This document shows, in pieces, positions 9,167 through 19,289 of a stretch of DNA of 64,000 nt. The first letter of the stretch is position 1. Every line of letters starts with the position of its first letter. A model generated the notes under the pieces. That model ran no database searches. It had not been told where the DNA came from and saw only the letters and a list, made by a program, of their open reading frames with translations. The stretch spans positions 142,875-206,874 of the forward strand of contig JBDRCX010000002.1 in NCBI GenBank assembly GCA_043821365.1, given 5' to 3'. This stretch comes from Candidatus Micrarchaeota archaeon. Lineage in GTDB: Archaea > Micrarchaeota > Micrarchaeia > Anstonellales > Bilamarchaeaceae. A program made the position numbers and the translations under genes.

Positions 9167-9218
9167 AATACCTATATCCACCCTCTTCATTTTAAATTCT
9201 TTGAAGAAATCTCATTAT

Positions 9219-10151
9219 ATGAAAATCTCCATAGCGGAATTGAAAAACAATTCCGACTGTCGCGAACAAATAGCAGTTCGCTCCAAGCCAGAATGGCTTA
9301 AAGTTACAAGACCCAGAGGAGATGAAGTTGCTTTGTTTAATCGAGTGAGTACAGTTGTAAAATCAAATAATCTACATACAGTCTGTGATGAAGCAAGATG
9401 TCCAAATCGTTCTGCCTGTTGGAGTTCTGGTACAGCTACCTTTATGATTTTGGGAGATACGTGTACTAGATATTGTAAATTTTGCAGTGTAAAACATGCA
9501 AGAGAAGGCAATCCTATTGATGAAACTGAATCAGAAAGACTTGCAAAAGCATCAGCAGGGCTTAGGCTTGGTTATGTTGTTATAACCTCAGTTGATAGGG
9601 ATGATCTTCTTGATCGCGGGGCAAATCATTTTGCCAAATGTATTTCTGCAGTTAAATCAAAAAATCCAAATGCAAAAGTTGAAGTTTTAACTCCTGATTT
9701 TGATGGCAATAAAGACTTGATCAAAGTTGTTGTTGATTCGAAGCCAGATGTTTTTGCACATAATGTCGAAAGTGTTGAGAGGCTTGAAACCATACGTGAC
9801 ATAAGGGCAAAATACAAACGCTCACTCGACGTTCTTAAAATAGTAAAACAAATCGATCCAAACATGATAACAAAAAGTTCAATTCTTCTTGGTGTCGGGG
9901 AAAAAGAAGAAGAAGTTTTAGCAACACTCAGAGATCTGCGTGAAGTTGGTGTCGATGCAGTGGTACTTGGACAATATTTACAACCATCCAAACAAAATCT
10001 TCCAGTTAGTGAGTATGTTACTCCAGATCAATTCAAATTCTATGCTAAAAAAGCTAAAGAATTAGGATTTAGATTTGTTGTTTCTGAACCATTTGCAAGA
10101 ACTTCCTACAAAGCAGAGCATATTTTCAAAGATTCTGAATCTCATATTTGA
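9219..10151 (+). CDS. lipA: Lipoyl synthase
   Basis: [18 protein letters not shown] (CX4CX5C), CTRYCKFC (radical SAM), [14 protein letters not shown]; ATG 9219 lies ~22 nt after a TTTAAA box. Confidence 0.95.
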   Translation: MKISIAELKNNSDCREQIAVRSKPEWLKVTRPRGDEVALFNRVSTVVKSNNLHTVCDEARCPNRSACWSSGTATFMILGDTCTRYCKFCSVKHAREGNPIDETESERLAKASAGLRLGYVVITSVDRDDLLDRGANHFAKCISAVKSKNPNAKVEVLTPDFDGNKDLIKVVVDSKPDVFAHNVESVERLETIRDIRAKYKRSLDVLKIVKQIDPNMITKSSILLGVGEKEEEVLATLRDLREVGVDAVVLGQYLQPSKQNLPVSEYVTPDQFKFYAKKAKELGFRFVVSEPFARTSYKAEHIFKDSESHI

Positions 10152-11578
10152 GCAGAACAACAGGTCAGTACTGGCTCTCTGGCAGCTTTAACTCCATCAA
10201 GTCTTTTTACTGGTAAGGTGTGGGGTGCTTTTTTTACAAGTTCTGGGTTTGTTTCTGCTTCATTCAGTATCTTTACCATTGCATCTACAAACATATCCAT
10301 AGTTTCTCTTGTTTCAGTTTCTGTTGGTTCAATCATTATTGCCCCATGTACAATTAGAGGGAAATAGATTGTGGGTGCATGATAACCATAGTCTAAGAGT
10401 CTCTTTGCAATGTCCATTGTGGTTACTCCATTAGGTACCTTTTTGTCATTGAGTACGAATTCATGCTGGCAAATTCTATTGTAAGGCAATTCAAAGTGTT
10501 TCATAAGTTTCACACGCATGTAATTTGCATTGAGTACAGCATTTTCACTCACTCTTAGAAGTCCTTCTGGTCCAAGTGCACGGATGTAAGTATATGCTCT
10601 TACCAAAACACCGAAATTTCCATAAAATGTTTTTACTCTTCCGATTGAGTCTGAAATATCATAGTTCAAATAGTATTTATCGTCTTTTTTATCTACCATT
10701 GGTTTAGGTACAAAAGTTGATAATTTTTCAACTACTCCAACCCCCCCTGCTCCTGGTCCACCACCACCATGTGGAGTTGAGAATGTCTTGTGAAAATTAA
10801 TGTGCATTATGTCAAAACCAGCATCCTTTGGCTTTGTAATTCCAATAATTGCATTGAAGTTTGCACCATCGCAATAAACCAAACCACCTTTTTCATGGAC
10901 TATTTTACAAACTTCAACTATATTCTGATCAAAAAGTCCAAGTGTATTCGGGTTGGTGACCATAAGCCCTGCTGTTTGTTCGTCTACTTTTGATCTCAGG
11001 TCTTCTAGATCGACATTTCCATTACTATCACTTTTCACACCCACTGATTCGAGTCCACAAAGAGTAACACTTGCTGGGTTGGTTCCGTGTGCTGAATCAG
11101 GTATTAATATTTTTTTCCGTTTTTGGCCATTTTTTTCAAAATAAGCCTTCATTATCATAACTCCAACTAATTCACCATGTGCTCCTGCAGCAGGTTGTAA
11201 AGTAAAACAATCAAAACCAGTTACCTCGCACATCATTTCCTGCATTTCATACATCATTTGCAATGCTCCCTGAGATAATTTTTCAGGTTGCAGTGGATGT
11301 ATATTGGTAAATCCATTGAGTTTTGACATATCTTCATTTATTTTTGGATTATATTTCATCGTACAACTTCCAAGAGGATAGAATCCAAGATCAACACCAT
11401 AGTTTTTTCTACTCAATGCAGTGTAGTGTCTTACAACTTCAATTTCACTTAATTCAGGTATTTCAAGTTTTTTTCTAATGTGTTTTTCATCTATTCCAAG
11501 TTCACTATCTGGATAATTAGAATCATCAAATGTTACTGCGTTTCTTCCTTTGCCACCACAATCAAATATGGTTTTCAT
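10142..11578 (-). CDS. gcvPB: Glycine dehydrogenase (decarboxylating) subunit 2
   Basis: [50 protein letters not shown] (PLP Lys). Confidence 0.96.
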   Translation of the reverse strand: MKTIFDCGGKGRNAVTFDDSNYPDSELGIDEKHIRKKLEIPELSEIEVVRHYTALSRKNYGVDLGFYPLGSCTMKYNPKINEDMSKLNGFTNIHPLQPEKLSQGALQMMYEMQEMMCEVTGFDCFTLQPAAGAHGELVGVMIMKAYFEKNGQKRKKILIPDSAHGTNPASVTLCGLESVGVKSDSNGNVDLEDLRSKVDEQTAGLMVTNPNTLGLFDQNIVEVCKIVHEKGGLVYCDGANFNAIIGITKPKDAGFDIMHINFHKTFSTPHGGGGPGAGGVGVVEKLSTFVPKPMVDKKDDKYYLNYDISDSIGRVKTFYGNFGVLVRAYTYIRALGPEGLLRVSENAVLNANYMRVKLMKHFELPYNRICQHEFVLNDKKVPNGVTTMDIAKRLLDYGYHAPTIYFPLIVHGAIMIEPTETETRETMDMFVDAMVKILNEAETNPELVKKAPHTLPVKRLDGVKAAREPVLTCCSAQI

Positions 11579-12912
11579 AGTGATCCCTCCAAAGCAGTGA
11601 AAAATTCATCAATATCTTTCTTGGTGTTCATCTCAGTAAATGAAACAAGAACACGGTCTTTCATGTCAGGATAAAATGGCCAGAGTTTTAGTCCAATTAT
11701 GAACTTTTTCTTAACAAGTTCATCAAAAACATTTTCTGCCTTAGGAATCCCAACACAAAACTCATTGAAACAATTAGCATTGTGCACTTTCATATTCATG
11801 TCACTAAACTTCTTTTTTGCATAAGCCGTATTCCTAGCACATATTTCTGATGCTTTTTGTAATCCATTTTTTCCAAGCATAGATAGATGAATGGTTGCAG
11901 CAAGTGCACACAATGCCTGATTGCTGCAAATATTGCTTGATGCCTTTTCTCTTCTAATATGCTGTTCTCTTGCCTGTAAGGTTAATATGAAACCATCCTT
12001 TCCTTCACTATCTTTTGTTTTACCAACAAGCCTACCAGGTATCCGCCTCATGAAATCATTTTTGCATGCTATCACACCCAAATGCGGCCCTCCGAAAGCC
12101 ATTGGATTACCAAAGCTCTGCGCTTCACATGCTGCAATATCCATCCCAAGCTCTCCTGGCGATTTTAGTAAACCAAGCGCATACATCTCCTGTACGGATG
12201 CTATTGCTACTGCACCTTTTGCATGTGCTAGTGAAGATATTTTTTCAAGATCCTCTAGTGTACCAAAAAAATTTGGATATTGTACAATAACACATGCTGT
12301 TTTTTCATCAATTATTTTTTCTAGTTCTGAAATGTCTGTTTCGAGTTTACTATCAAATCCAATCTCCACTATTTCAAGTTCGTTTGCAGTTGCATATGTT
12401 TGTACCACTGCTCTATATTCTGGATTTACAGTTTTGCTGATGATTATTTTTTTCTTTTCATTATGGTTCTTCGCCATCATCACAGCTTCAGCAAGTGCAG
12501 ATGCTCCGCAATACATAGATGCATTGGCAAGATCCATGCCAGTTATCTCTGAAATATATGTCTGAAATTCGAAAATTGCCTGTAAAATCCCCTGTGATAT
12601 TTCTGGTTGATATGGGGTATATGCAGTATAAAACTCACTTCTATAAGCCAAATGGCCAACTGCAGAAGGAATAAAATGATTATAGCATCCTGCACCTAAA
12701 AAACTTATGTACTCCCTGGTACTTGCATTTTTTTTACTTAAAGATTCAACTAGTTCAGATACACTTTTTTCATCCATTCTTTTTGGAATTTTCAATCCAT
12801 CCTTTATGAGGATGTTTTCAGGTATGTCTACAAACAGATCTTTAATTGATTTTACTCCTATTTCCTTCAACATTTCCTCTCTGTCTTTATCAGTATTTGG
12901 TGCAAAATCCAT
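11575..12912 (-). CDS. gcvPA: Glycine dehydrogenase (decarboxylating) subunit 1
   Basis: [50 protein letters not shown]; ATG at 12912 has SD AGGTG. Confidence 0.96.
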   Translation of the reverse strand: MDFAPNTDKDREEMLKEIGVKSIKDLFVDIPENILIKDGLKIPKRMDEKSVSELVESLSKKNASTREYISFLGAGCYNHFIPSAVGHLAYRSEFYTAYTPYQPEISQGILQAIFEFQTYISEITGMDLANASMYCGASALAEAVMMAKNHNEKKKIIISKTVNPEYRAVVQTYATANELEIVEIGFDSKLETDISELEKIIDEKTACVIVQYPNFFGTLEDLEKISSLAHAKGAVAIASVQEMYALGLLKSPGELGMDIAACEAQSFGNPMAFGGPHLGVIACKNDFMRRIPGRLVGKTKDSEGKDGFILTLQAREQHIRREKASSNICSNQALCALAATIHLSMLGKNGLQKASEICARNTAYAKKKFSDMNMKVHNANCFNEFCVGIPKAENVFDELVKKKFIIGLKLWPFYPDMKDRVLVSFTEMNTKKDIDEFFTALEGSL

Positions 12913-12921
12913 AGAAAACAC

Positions 12922-13314
12922 CTAGTGTTGATTTTCTTTTAGGTATTGTTCGTATTGCTCTGGATCAAGAAGAGTTTTTGATTGATCCATTGAGCTTAAT
13001 TTTATCTTTACTATCCAACCATTTCCGTATGGGTCCTGGTTTATATTTTCAGGTGTTCTACCAAGCGCTTCATTAACCTCAACTATCTCACCTGACATCG
13101 GAGCATAAATATCGGATACACTCTTTACGCTTTCCACTACTGTCACCCTCGTTGCCTGTTCTACTAGCTTTCCTTTTTGGGGAAGCTCGACAAATACAAT
13201 GTCGGTTAATGCATGTTGCGCATAATCAGTTATGCCAATAATCCCAAACTCTCCCTCGATTTTTATCCATTCATGTTCCTTTGTATACATTCTGTCTTTT
13301 GGAATGTTTGTCAA
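12922..13314 (-). CDS. gcvH: Glycine cleavage system H protein
   Basis: YTKEHEW, GITDYAQHALTDIVFVELP, VESVKSVSDIYAP (lipoyl Lys), NQDPYGNGW; TTG start with AGGTGA SD. Confidence 0.96.
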   Translation of the reverse strand: MTNIPKDRMYTKEHEWIKIEGEFGIIGITDYAQHALTDIVFVELPQKGKLVEQATRVTVVESVKSVSDIYAPMSGEIVEVNEALGRTPENINQDPYGNGWIVKIKLSSMDQSKTLLDPEQYEQYLKENQH

Positions 13315-13318
13315 AAAA

Positions 13319-14416
13319 TCACCTTTTTCTTTTGTAAAAGGGCCTCTCTACTACTTTTGCTTTGTGTACAGTCCCCCTTATAAGAATGTCTAGTTCTGTT
13401 CCAACTTCGGAAAATTCTTTTTCAACATAGCCAAGTCCAACTGGCTTTTTTAATGTCGGGCAGTAGCTGCCTGATGTCACCACTCCGATATTCTTTCCAT
13501 CAACTTGAAATTCATAGCCATGTCTTGCTATGGCACTTCCAATCATTTCAAAACCCACGAGCTTTTTCTTTACTCCATCTGCAAGTTGGGTTTCCAATGC
13601 CTGTTTTCCTATAAATTCTTTTTCAAATGCAACGACTTTATCAAGCCCTGCTTCAAGAGGGGTGTGTTGGTCATCCATATCGTTTCCATAAAGCATCATT
13701 GCACACTCAAGTCTGAGTGTGTCTCTTGCTCCCAATCCGCATGGTTTTATGCCAAATTCACTTCCATTGGTAAGGATATCTTCCCATATCTTTACTGTGT
13801 TTCTGTCATCGGAATATATCTCGAAACCATCCTCACCAGTGTAGCCAGTTCTACTTACTATACAATCAAGGCCAGACACCTTCCCCTCAACAAATTTATA
13901 GTATTTTAGGAGACTAAAGTCTATGTCTGATATTTTTGACAGGGTGGCTTGTGCATTCGGTCCTTGGAGATCAAGTTTCATTGTTGTCTGGCTAACATTT
14001 GTTAATTTTACATCAAGTCCTTTTGCATTTTCAACAAGCCAATTATAATCTTTTTCTATGTTTGAAGCATTTATAACTACAAAATATTTCTTATCGTTGA
14101 ATTTATAAAAAAGTAGATCATCTATTACTGTTCCTTTTGGATAGAGCATTGTACTATATTTTATGCTATTATCTTTCATCCCAGTGAGGTCACGGGTAAG
14201 GCATTTTTGTAATAAAGTGAAAGCATCATTTCCTTCAACCCATATCTCGCCCATATGACAAATATCGAAAATACCAACTTTCTGTCTGACTGTATTATGT
14301 TCATCTATGATGCTTGTATAATACACTGGCAGTTCCCAACCTGCAAAATCAATAACATGCCCACCAAGCTTAACATGTTGTTCATAAAGAGAAGTTTTCT
14401 GTGGCATATCACTCAT
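13319..14416 (-). CDS. gcvT: Glycine cleavage system aminomethyltransferase T
   Basis: FAGWELPVYY, IFDICHMGEI, LQGP, SRTGYTGEDGFEI, GLGARDTLRLE. Confidence 0.96.
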   Translation of the reverse strand: MSDMPQKTSLYEQHVKLGGHVIDFAGWELPVYYTSIIDEHNTVRQKVGIFDICHMGEIWVEGNDAFTLLQKCLTRDLTGMKDNSIKYSTMLYPKGTVIDDLLFYKFNDKKYFVVINASNIEKDYNWLVENAKGLDVKLTNVSQTTMKLDLQGPNAQATLSKISDIDFSLLKYYKFVEGKVSGLDCIVSRTGYTGEDGFEIYSDDRNTVKIWEDILTNGSEFGIKPCGLGARDTLRLECAMMLYGNDMDDQHTPLEAGLDKVVAFEKEFIGKQALETQLADGVKKKLVGFEMIGSAIARHGYEFQVDGKNIGVVTSGSYCPTLKKPVGLGYVEKEFSEVGTELDILIRGTVHKAKVVERPFYKRKR

Positions 14417-14429
14417 TTCACGTTAATAT

Positions 14430-15731
14430 TTATAACCGCGTGTTTTTTCTTATGGCCATCTCCACCCCGACCTTTAGCAAATCATAGGTCTTTGAGACTG
14501 AGGGGCAATAGGCATTTTCATAATCTAGCATGTCAGTGAGTTTTGCATTTGAATATATTGCCTGTGCAATAAGGTTTATTCTATTTGTTGCACCAAACCC
14601 ATATCCTTGCGCACCTAGTATTCTTCCACTTCCTTTTTCTGCAACTAATTTAAGCATTATTTTGTTGTTCTCTGGAAATGGTTCTGGTATGGCAAATGCA
14701 TTTATCTTTGATGTTATTATTTCCATACCTAATTTTTTGGCTTCCCCTTCGGTTATGCCAGTTGATGCAACTTCATACCTGTCTATTCTTGATACAAAAG
14801 TCCCTAAGGTTCCAATATACTTTCTATTGCCCCCAACTGCATTAACACCTGCAACCATTCCCTGAAGATATGCAATTGTTGACAACTTCGCATTACATGG
14901 TTTTTTTGTTATGAAATTAAAAGCATGGCAGCAATCTCCTGCTGCATAAATATCTGGATCAGAAGTTTGCATAAGTTCATTAACTGAAATATTGCCATTT
15001 TCAATCTCAACAACATCTTGTGCAAGTTCAATGTTTGGTCGTACTCCTACTGCCAAAACCACCATATCTGTTTCTATTTCTGAATTTTCCAAAATTATTT
15101 TTTTGCCAACAATTTTCTGTACTTTCGAATTCAGAAGTAGGTCGATACCATTTTTTCTTATTTCATCTTCTAGCAAACTAGAAAGCTCATTGTCAAATGA
15201 TTGTTGCATAACAGAGCCAAATGCTTCGGCTATTGTTACTTTTAGTCCTGCTTTTTTTAATGCAAAAGCTGTTTCTATCCCTATTGCGCCTGCACCTATG
15301 ACAACCGCAGATTCAAATTCTTTTATTTTCTTACTTACTGCTTCTGCATCTTGAAAAGAGTACAATCCAAATGCGTTTTCAATCCCCTCTATTCTTGGTT
15401 TGAATGCTTTACTTCCAGTCGAAATAAGCAGTTTATCATAAGAAACTGATTTTGTTCCCCCATCCTTTGTCAATTCAACTTTTTTATTTTCCTTATCTAT
15501 TTTTGTTACCCGGGCAAATGTTATATGTTCTATGCGCATTTTTCCAAGCATTGGATCGTGCTTGGTATCCTCTAATTTTATTGTACCATCCAATGCAAAT
15601 GGTAAATAACAACTGTGTGCAAGGTAGTCTTTTTCATCAATAACACAAATTTCAGCATCTGGATTTTGTTTTCTTGCATAGAGTGCTGCAGCAAAGCCTG
15701 CAGGTCCAAAACCAACAATAACTAGCTTCAT
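14430..15731 (-). CDS. FAD-dependent oxidoreductase, CoA-disulfide reductase / NADH oxidase family
   Basis: GFGPAG, single redox Cys in LAHSCYLPF, GAGAIG, YAAGD, C-terminal YCPSVS (YAPPFS-like); no CxxxxC disulfide of LpdA. Confidence 0.85.
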   Translation of the reverse strand: MKLVIVGFGPAGFAAALYARKQNPDAEICVIDEKDYLAHSCYLPFALDGTIKLEDTKHDPMLGKMRIEHITFARVTKIDKENKKVELTKDGGTKSVSYDKLLISTGSKAFKPRIEGIENAFGLYSFQDAEAVSKKIKEFESAVVIGAGAIGIETAFALKKAGLKVTIAEAFGSVMQQSFDNELSSLLEDEIRKNGIDLLLNSKVQKIVGKKIILENSEIETDMVVLAVGVRPNIELAQDVVEIENGNISVNELMQTSDPDIYAAGDCCHAFNFITKKPCNAKLSTIAYLQGMVAGVNAVGGNRKYIGTLGTFVSRIDRYEVASTGITEGEAKKLGMEIITSKINAFAIPEPFPENNKIMLKLVAEKGSGRILGAQGYGFGATNRINLIAQAIYSNAKLTDMLDYENAYCPSVSKTYDLLKVGVEMAIRKNTRL

Positions 15732-15822
15732 GATTAGTTAGGAGTACAAATAATTTATATGATTATATGTGAGAATCAGGTGTTAAATAAATAGAAAATT
15801 AAAAAATAAAAGATATTTAGTT

Positions 15823-16128
15823 TCAACCAAAAAGATTTGCTAAACCTTCAGCTGCTTGTTCTTCTTTCTTTCCTTCGTCTTCCTTCTTTTCTTCTTTCTT
15901 TGCTTCAGCTGCAGGAGCTGCTGCAACTGGTGCTGCTGCAACCATGGTTGATTGCTTTAGAAGGTCTTCGAAGTTTACTCCTTTTACTGCTTCTGCAAGA
16001 ACTTTTGCTCGGGCTTCATCTACCTCTGCTCCGCTTGCTTTAACTACAGCTACAATTGCCTCTTGGCTAACTTCCTTTCCAGCTCCGTGCAAAACAAGCA
16101 CGGCATGCAAATATGGATCTACTTTCAT
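15823..16128 (-). CDS. rpl12: 50S ribosomal stalk protein P1 (L12p)
   Basis: YLHAVLVLH, Ala-rich hinge, acidic tail ending GLANLFG. Confidence 0.95.
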   Translation of the reverse strand: MKVDPYLHAVLVLHGAGKEVSQEAIVAVVKASGAEVDEARAKVLAEAVKGVNFEDLLKQSTMVAAAPVAAAPAAEAKKEEKKEDEGKKEEQAAEGLANLFG

Positions 16129-16151
16129 TTCATATACACCTTTTTTCTTTA

Positions 16152-17006
16152 TTATTTACCCATACTCTCACAAGCTACACCTTGCTTTACTGCAGAGGTG
16201 AGAAGCTGCTCGATTGAGCTGGATGAATATAATCCTCCGTTTAATGAGAAACTAATTCCTTGTTTTACTGCTTCACCCAAGAGCATATCGATGTTCTGCT
16301 CAGTTGGGTATTTGACATTCAATGAGAAATTCAATGCCTGTGACAAGCTAACTTGCATATCTACGTTTATGGTATCACATATATCCAAAAGATCTCTTGA
16401 ATAAATGTATTCTCCGTCAAATCCAAATATCAAATTAGCCATGACTTCAAAAGGCATGACACTTAGTGTCTGGAGTGCTTTAGCTTTTGCTTCGGTTATT
16501 TTTTCTCCGCTTTTAGCAACAACACTCTCTTTTGCTATTGTTATTTTACCTGCTTTAATCTGCGCATTTAGTCCTGCTGCCTTAAGTTCAGATAATGCTG
16601 GTCCTGCAGGAAGGTCAGTTTCACCTTCTGGGACAATTATATCTACTACAGCAACATCCCCTATCTTGGCTGCTCGTTTCTTCTTATTTTGTTTGAAAAA
16701 TGAATTGAGTTCATATGCAGATTGATTTGTGTAAATAAGTGCAACTGGTTTGTTACATTCACCTACTTTGGCTGCAAGTTTTTTGTTTGCTGCAAGCACC
16801 CTGCTTACAACGGGTTTCTTAAGAACTAAAACTTGGCCCCCACCCTCTCTTACTTTCTTTCTAATCGATTGGAAAAGAGCATCAGGAAGCTTTCTTAAGT
16901 CAAGCATTGCAACTGTTTTATATTTTTTCATATCTTCCAATGCTTTCTGTACCTGTTCTACTTTTTTCTTTACTCGTTTTCTATTAATATCAGTTTTGTA
17001 AGTCAT
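16152..17006 (-). CDS. rpl10: 50S ribosomal protein uL10/P0
   Basis: RAAKIGDVAVVDIIVPEGETDLPAGPALSEL, GKITIAKESVV; between rpl1 and rpl12. Confidence 0.92.
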   Translation of the reverse strand: MTYKTDINRKRVKKKVEQVQKALEDMKKYKTVAMLDLRKLPDALFQSIRKKVREGGGQVLVLKKPVVSRVLAANKKLAAKVGECNKPVALIYTNQSAYELNSFFKQNKKKRAAKIGDVAVVDIIVPEGETDLPAGPALSELKAAGLNAQIKAGKITIAKESVVAKSGEKITEAKAKALQTLSVMPFEVMANLIFGFDGEYIYSRDLLDICDTINVDMQVSLSQALNFSLNVKYPTEQNIDMLLGEAVKQGISFSLNGGLYSSSSIEQLLTSAVKQGVACESMGK

Positions 17007-17014
17007 ACCCTCAC

Positions 17015-17647
17015 CTAAACAACTTTTATTGGCTTACCCATTGTAAGTTTTACGTAAACCGATTTGATGTTACCTTCATTTACTTTGTTTTTCACAGCAT
17101 CATATACTGCTTCTGCGTTGTCAACAAGTTCTTCTGCTCCCATGATTTCAGTTCCGATTAATGCTTGGGCAACTGGAAGGTATTTTCCTTTTGATACAAT
17201 TCTTATACTATTCTTTGATTTTTTTATCAAGTCAGATACACTCCCTACTATTGGTTTTGGAAGCTTACCTCTCTTACCTAAATACTGACCAAGTGATTTA
17301 GCAACTGCACCCATCAAACTTGGTTGTGCGAGTAAGAAATAGTTGTCTGCCAAGTCACTTACCTTTGCTGGTTCTGAATATGAAGGTATGGTGTCGGGGG
17401 TTATTATAAGGTCTGCACCTGCTTTTTTTGCTTCATCAGCTGTACTGCCTTCTGCAAAAACTGCTGATTTGAGTTCCTTACCACCTTTACCTTTTGGTAA
17501 TACAATATCAAGGTTAAGTCTATTTTCACTCTTAGAGAAATCAATTCCTCTCATGTTTATGATTATCTCTACGCTTTGTTTGAATTTTCTTTTCCCTTTT
17601 TCTTCAAGAGCCAGTCCAATGGCTTCAATTAGTTTTTTCTTATCCAT
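17015..17647 (-). CDS. rpl1: 50S ribosomal protein uL1
   Basis: RKFKQSVEIIIN, VLPKG, LGQYLGKRGKLP, VYVKLTMG. Confidence 0.95.
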   Translation of the reverse strand: MDKKKLIEAIGLALEEKGKRKFKQSVEIIINMRGIDFSKSENRLNLDIVLPKGKGGKELKSAVFAEGSTADEAKKAGADLIITPDTIPSYSEPAKVSDLADNYFLLAQPSLMGAVAKSLGQYLGKRGKLPKPIVGSVSDLIKKSKNSIRIVSKGKYLPVAQALIGTEIMGAEELVDNAEAVYDAVKNKVNEGNIKSVYVKLTMGKPIKVV

Positions 17648-17666
17648 AATAAAGCCCTCCTACTCT

Positions 17667-17697
17667 GTTTCGTTGATTTGCTTCGCAAATACGAAAC
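17667..17697 (-). promoter_or_regulatory. 13-bp stem-loop in rpl1-rpl10-rpl12 leader
   Basis: Minus strand GTTTCGT-ATTTGC-GAA-GCAAAT-CA-ACGAAAC, followed by SD AGGAGGG and ATG 20 nt downstream. Confidence 0.6.
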
Positions 17698-17768
17698 CAT
17701 TCCCAGTAGTACAACGGGTAAGAATAATCTTTTATGAGACGTGTTTAAAAACCTATCCTCGATGCTTT

Positions 17769-18620
17769 TTAGTTGTTATATACCTGTTTTGCATAAATCA
17801 TTGATAGTTTTTCATCATATTTGTCTGTTTTTATGACAACGTCAAAACCATTTCTTCTGAGAAGACCGGCTATCCATTTGCTGTCTCTTCCATCTCCTTG
17901 ATAGTGACATTCCATTGCTATCTGTCTTATCATTCCTAAAACATCAATTGGAAGCCTTCTAAGTATCTCATATTCTGCCCCCTCACAGTCCATTTTGAGA
18001 AAATCAATTCTTCGTAGCCTATTCTGGTCAACTATATCAGTGAGAGTTGTTGTCCTTACTGTTATCTCGCTTCTGGTTTGTTCGGTTCTATGTATTGAGT
18101 GTCCACCAGTATTTCCTGGATCAATATACAAAGTTAGGGACCCAGCTCTGTCTGATACTGCCTCCTGTCTTGCAATAACATTCCCTATCCTATTTATGGC
18201 AAGATTAGTGGCAAGTAAATTGAAATTATCTGGATTTGGTTCAAAAGTATAAACTCTGCCATGGGATGCCATTTTTGCAGCTAAAACAGAGAAAATTCCT
18301 ATATGTCCCCCAATTTCAACTATAGTATCCTCTCTTCCTATGGATAATTCACCTGGAAAATAACCTCGTCTGAATACAACTTCATTTAGAACATACCTGT
18401 CTACAGTTCCTGCTCTAACAACGAATCTAGTTCCATCTCTTAGAGTATAACTCATCTTATCTGAACCAGCTAGGCCCACACAATCCATAAGATATGTTCC
18501 CCAATTCTCAAGTCTATGTACTGACCTGGCTGCTGTTTGAAGTTTGGTTGGTATGGCTCTGGCTAAGCTCTGAAGTCTTGTGGTATTCATAGTAACACAA
18601 TCTATTATTTTATCTAACAA
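17769..18620 (-). CDS. FkbM family SAM-dependent methyltransferase
   Basis: IVEIGGHIGIFS, VYTFEPNP, IDFLKMDCEGAEYEIL; start may be ATG at 18590. Confidence 0.9.
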   Translation of the reverse strand: MLDKIIDCVTMNTTRLQSLARAIPTKLQTAARSVHRLENWGTYLMDCVGLAGSDKMSYTLRDGTRFVVRAGTVDRYVLNEVVFRRGYFPGELSIGREDTIVEIGGHIGIFSVLAAKMASHGRVYTFEPNPDNFNLLATNLAINRIGNVIARQEAVSDRAGSLTLYIDPGNTGGHSIHRTEQTRSEITVRTTTLTDIVDQNRLRRIDFLKMDCEGAEYEILRRLPIDVLGMIRQIAMECHYQGDGRDSKWIAGLLRRNGFDVVIKTDKYDEKLSMIYAKQVYNN

Positions 18621-18702
18621 TATTTAAAGCTGTTGGAAATGTTTTATTAAATCGAAGAATGTGACATTCATTTATATTTTTTACTCATAGTAATACTTGA
18701 TA

Positions 18703-19086
18703 ATGTATCGCAGAACAGTTCAACACAGTAGTTATGCTATCTTACCTGCCACAAAGCCTAATGGGAAATCTAGAGAGAATGTAGATCTATTAGTAAGTAA
18801 GTCTGGTGGTAGTGATGAAGTTCTTGGGATTTTTGTAACGCGTCTAGTTGCATCGAGTAATCGAGCTGCACAATCAAGTCTAAAAAAACTTGAAACAGAT
18901 GGAACTAGGTTATCCTTTGTTTATGATGGTCCTGCACCAGTAACTGATGAAAGAACAGCCAGGTTTAATCTAACTCAATATGTTTATCTTGTTTATAGAC
19001 CAGTCTCTAATGATGCAGTTTCTACATTTCAAAGAATTAGAGAAGATGCTCATCAAGAGCATCATGTTGAAAGACAACAACAATAA
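18703..19086 (+). CDS. Hypothetical protein
   Basis: Open frame filling intergenic space, ATG at 18703; no recognised motif. Confidence 0.5.
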   Translation: MYRRTVQHSSYAILPATKPNGKSRENVDLLVSKSGGSDEVLGIFVTRLVASSNRAAQSSLKKLETDGTRLSFVYDGPAPVTDERTARFNLTQYVYLVYRPVSNDAVSTFQRIREDAHQEHHVERQQQ

Positions 19087-19087
19087 C

Positions 19088-19201
19088 CTAGAGTTCACCT
19101 ACTCTTCTTTTCATTTTCTTTCTAAGTCTTTTGCGCTTTTTCTTTACCCATTTCCAGCGCATTCTGTTTTTCTTTTTCCATTTTCTTGGTTTTGCACCCA
19201 T
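19088..19201 (-). CDS. rpl41e: Ribosomal protein eL41 (L41e/eS32), 37 aa
   Basis: Manual translation MGAKPRKWKKKNRMRWKWVKKKRKRLRKKMKRRVGEL*; MRWKW core of archaeal L41e; SD AGGTGA 4 nt upstream; below ORF-track cutoff. Confidence 0.92.
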   Translation of the reverse strand: MGAKPRKWKKKNRMRWKWVKKKRKRLRKKMKRRVGEL

Positions 19202-19289
19202 CATTTCACCTAGTAATGTTAATTGTGGAAGAATAATTTAGCGTTCCGCTTAAATATCTATTGGTAGTTTACTTTTTGGAGGTATTTTT

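Noticed and set aside
11921-12565. 214-aa plus-strand ORF
   Set aside because: Antisense shadow of gcvPA with no motif or SD. The same applies to most short nested ORFs in the track.
17590-17647. Methanococcus-type L1 autoregulatory site inside the start of rpl1
   Set aside because: The GGAG and GAAAC-type elements of that site are not recognisable at the equivalent codons.
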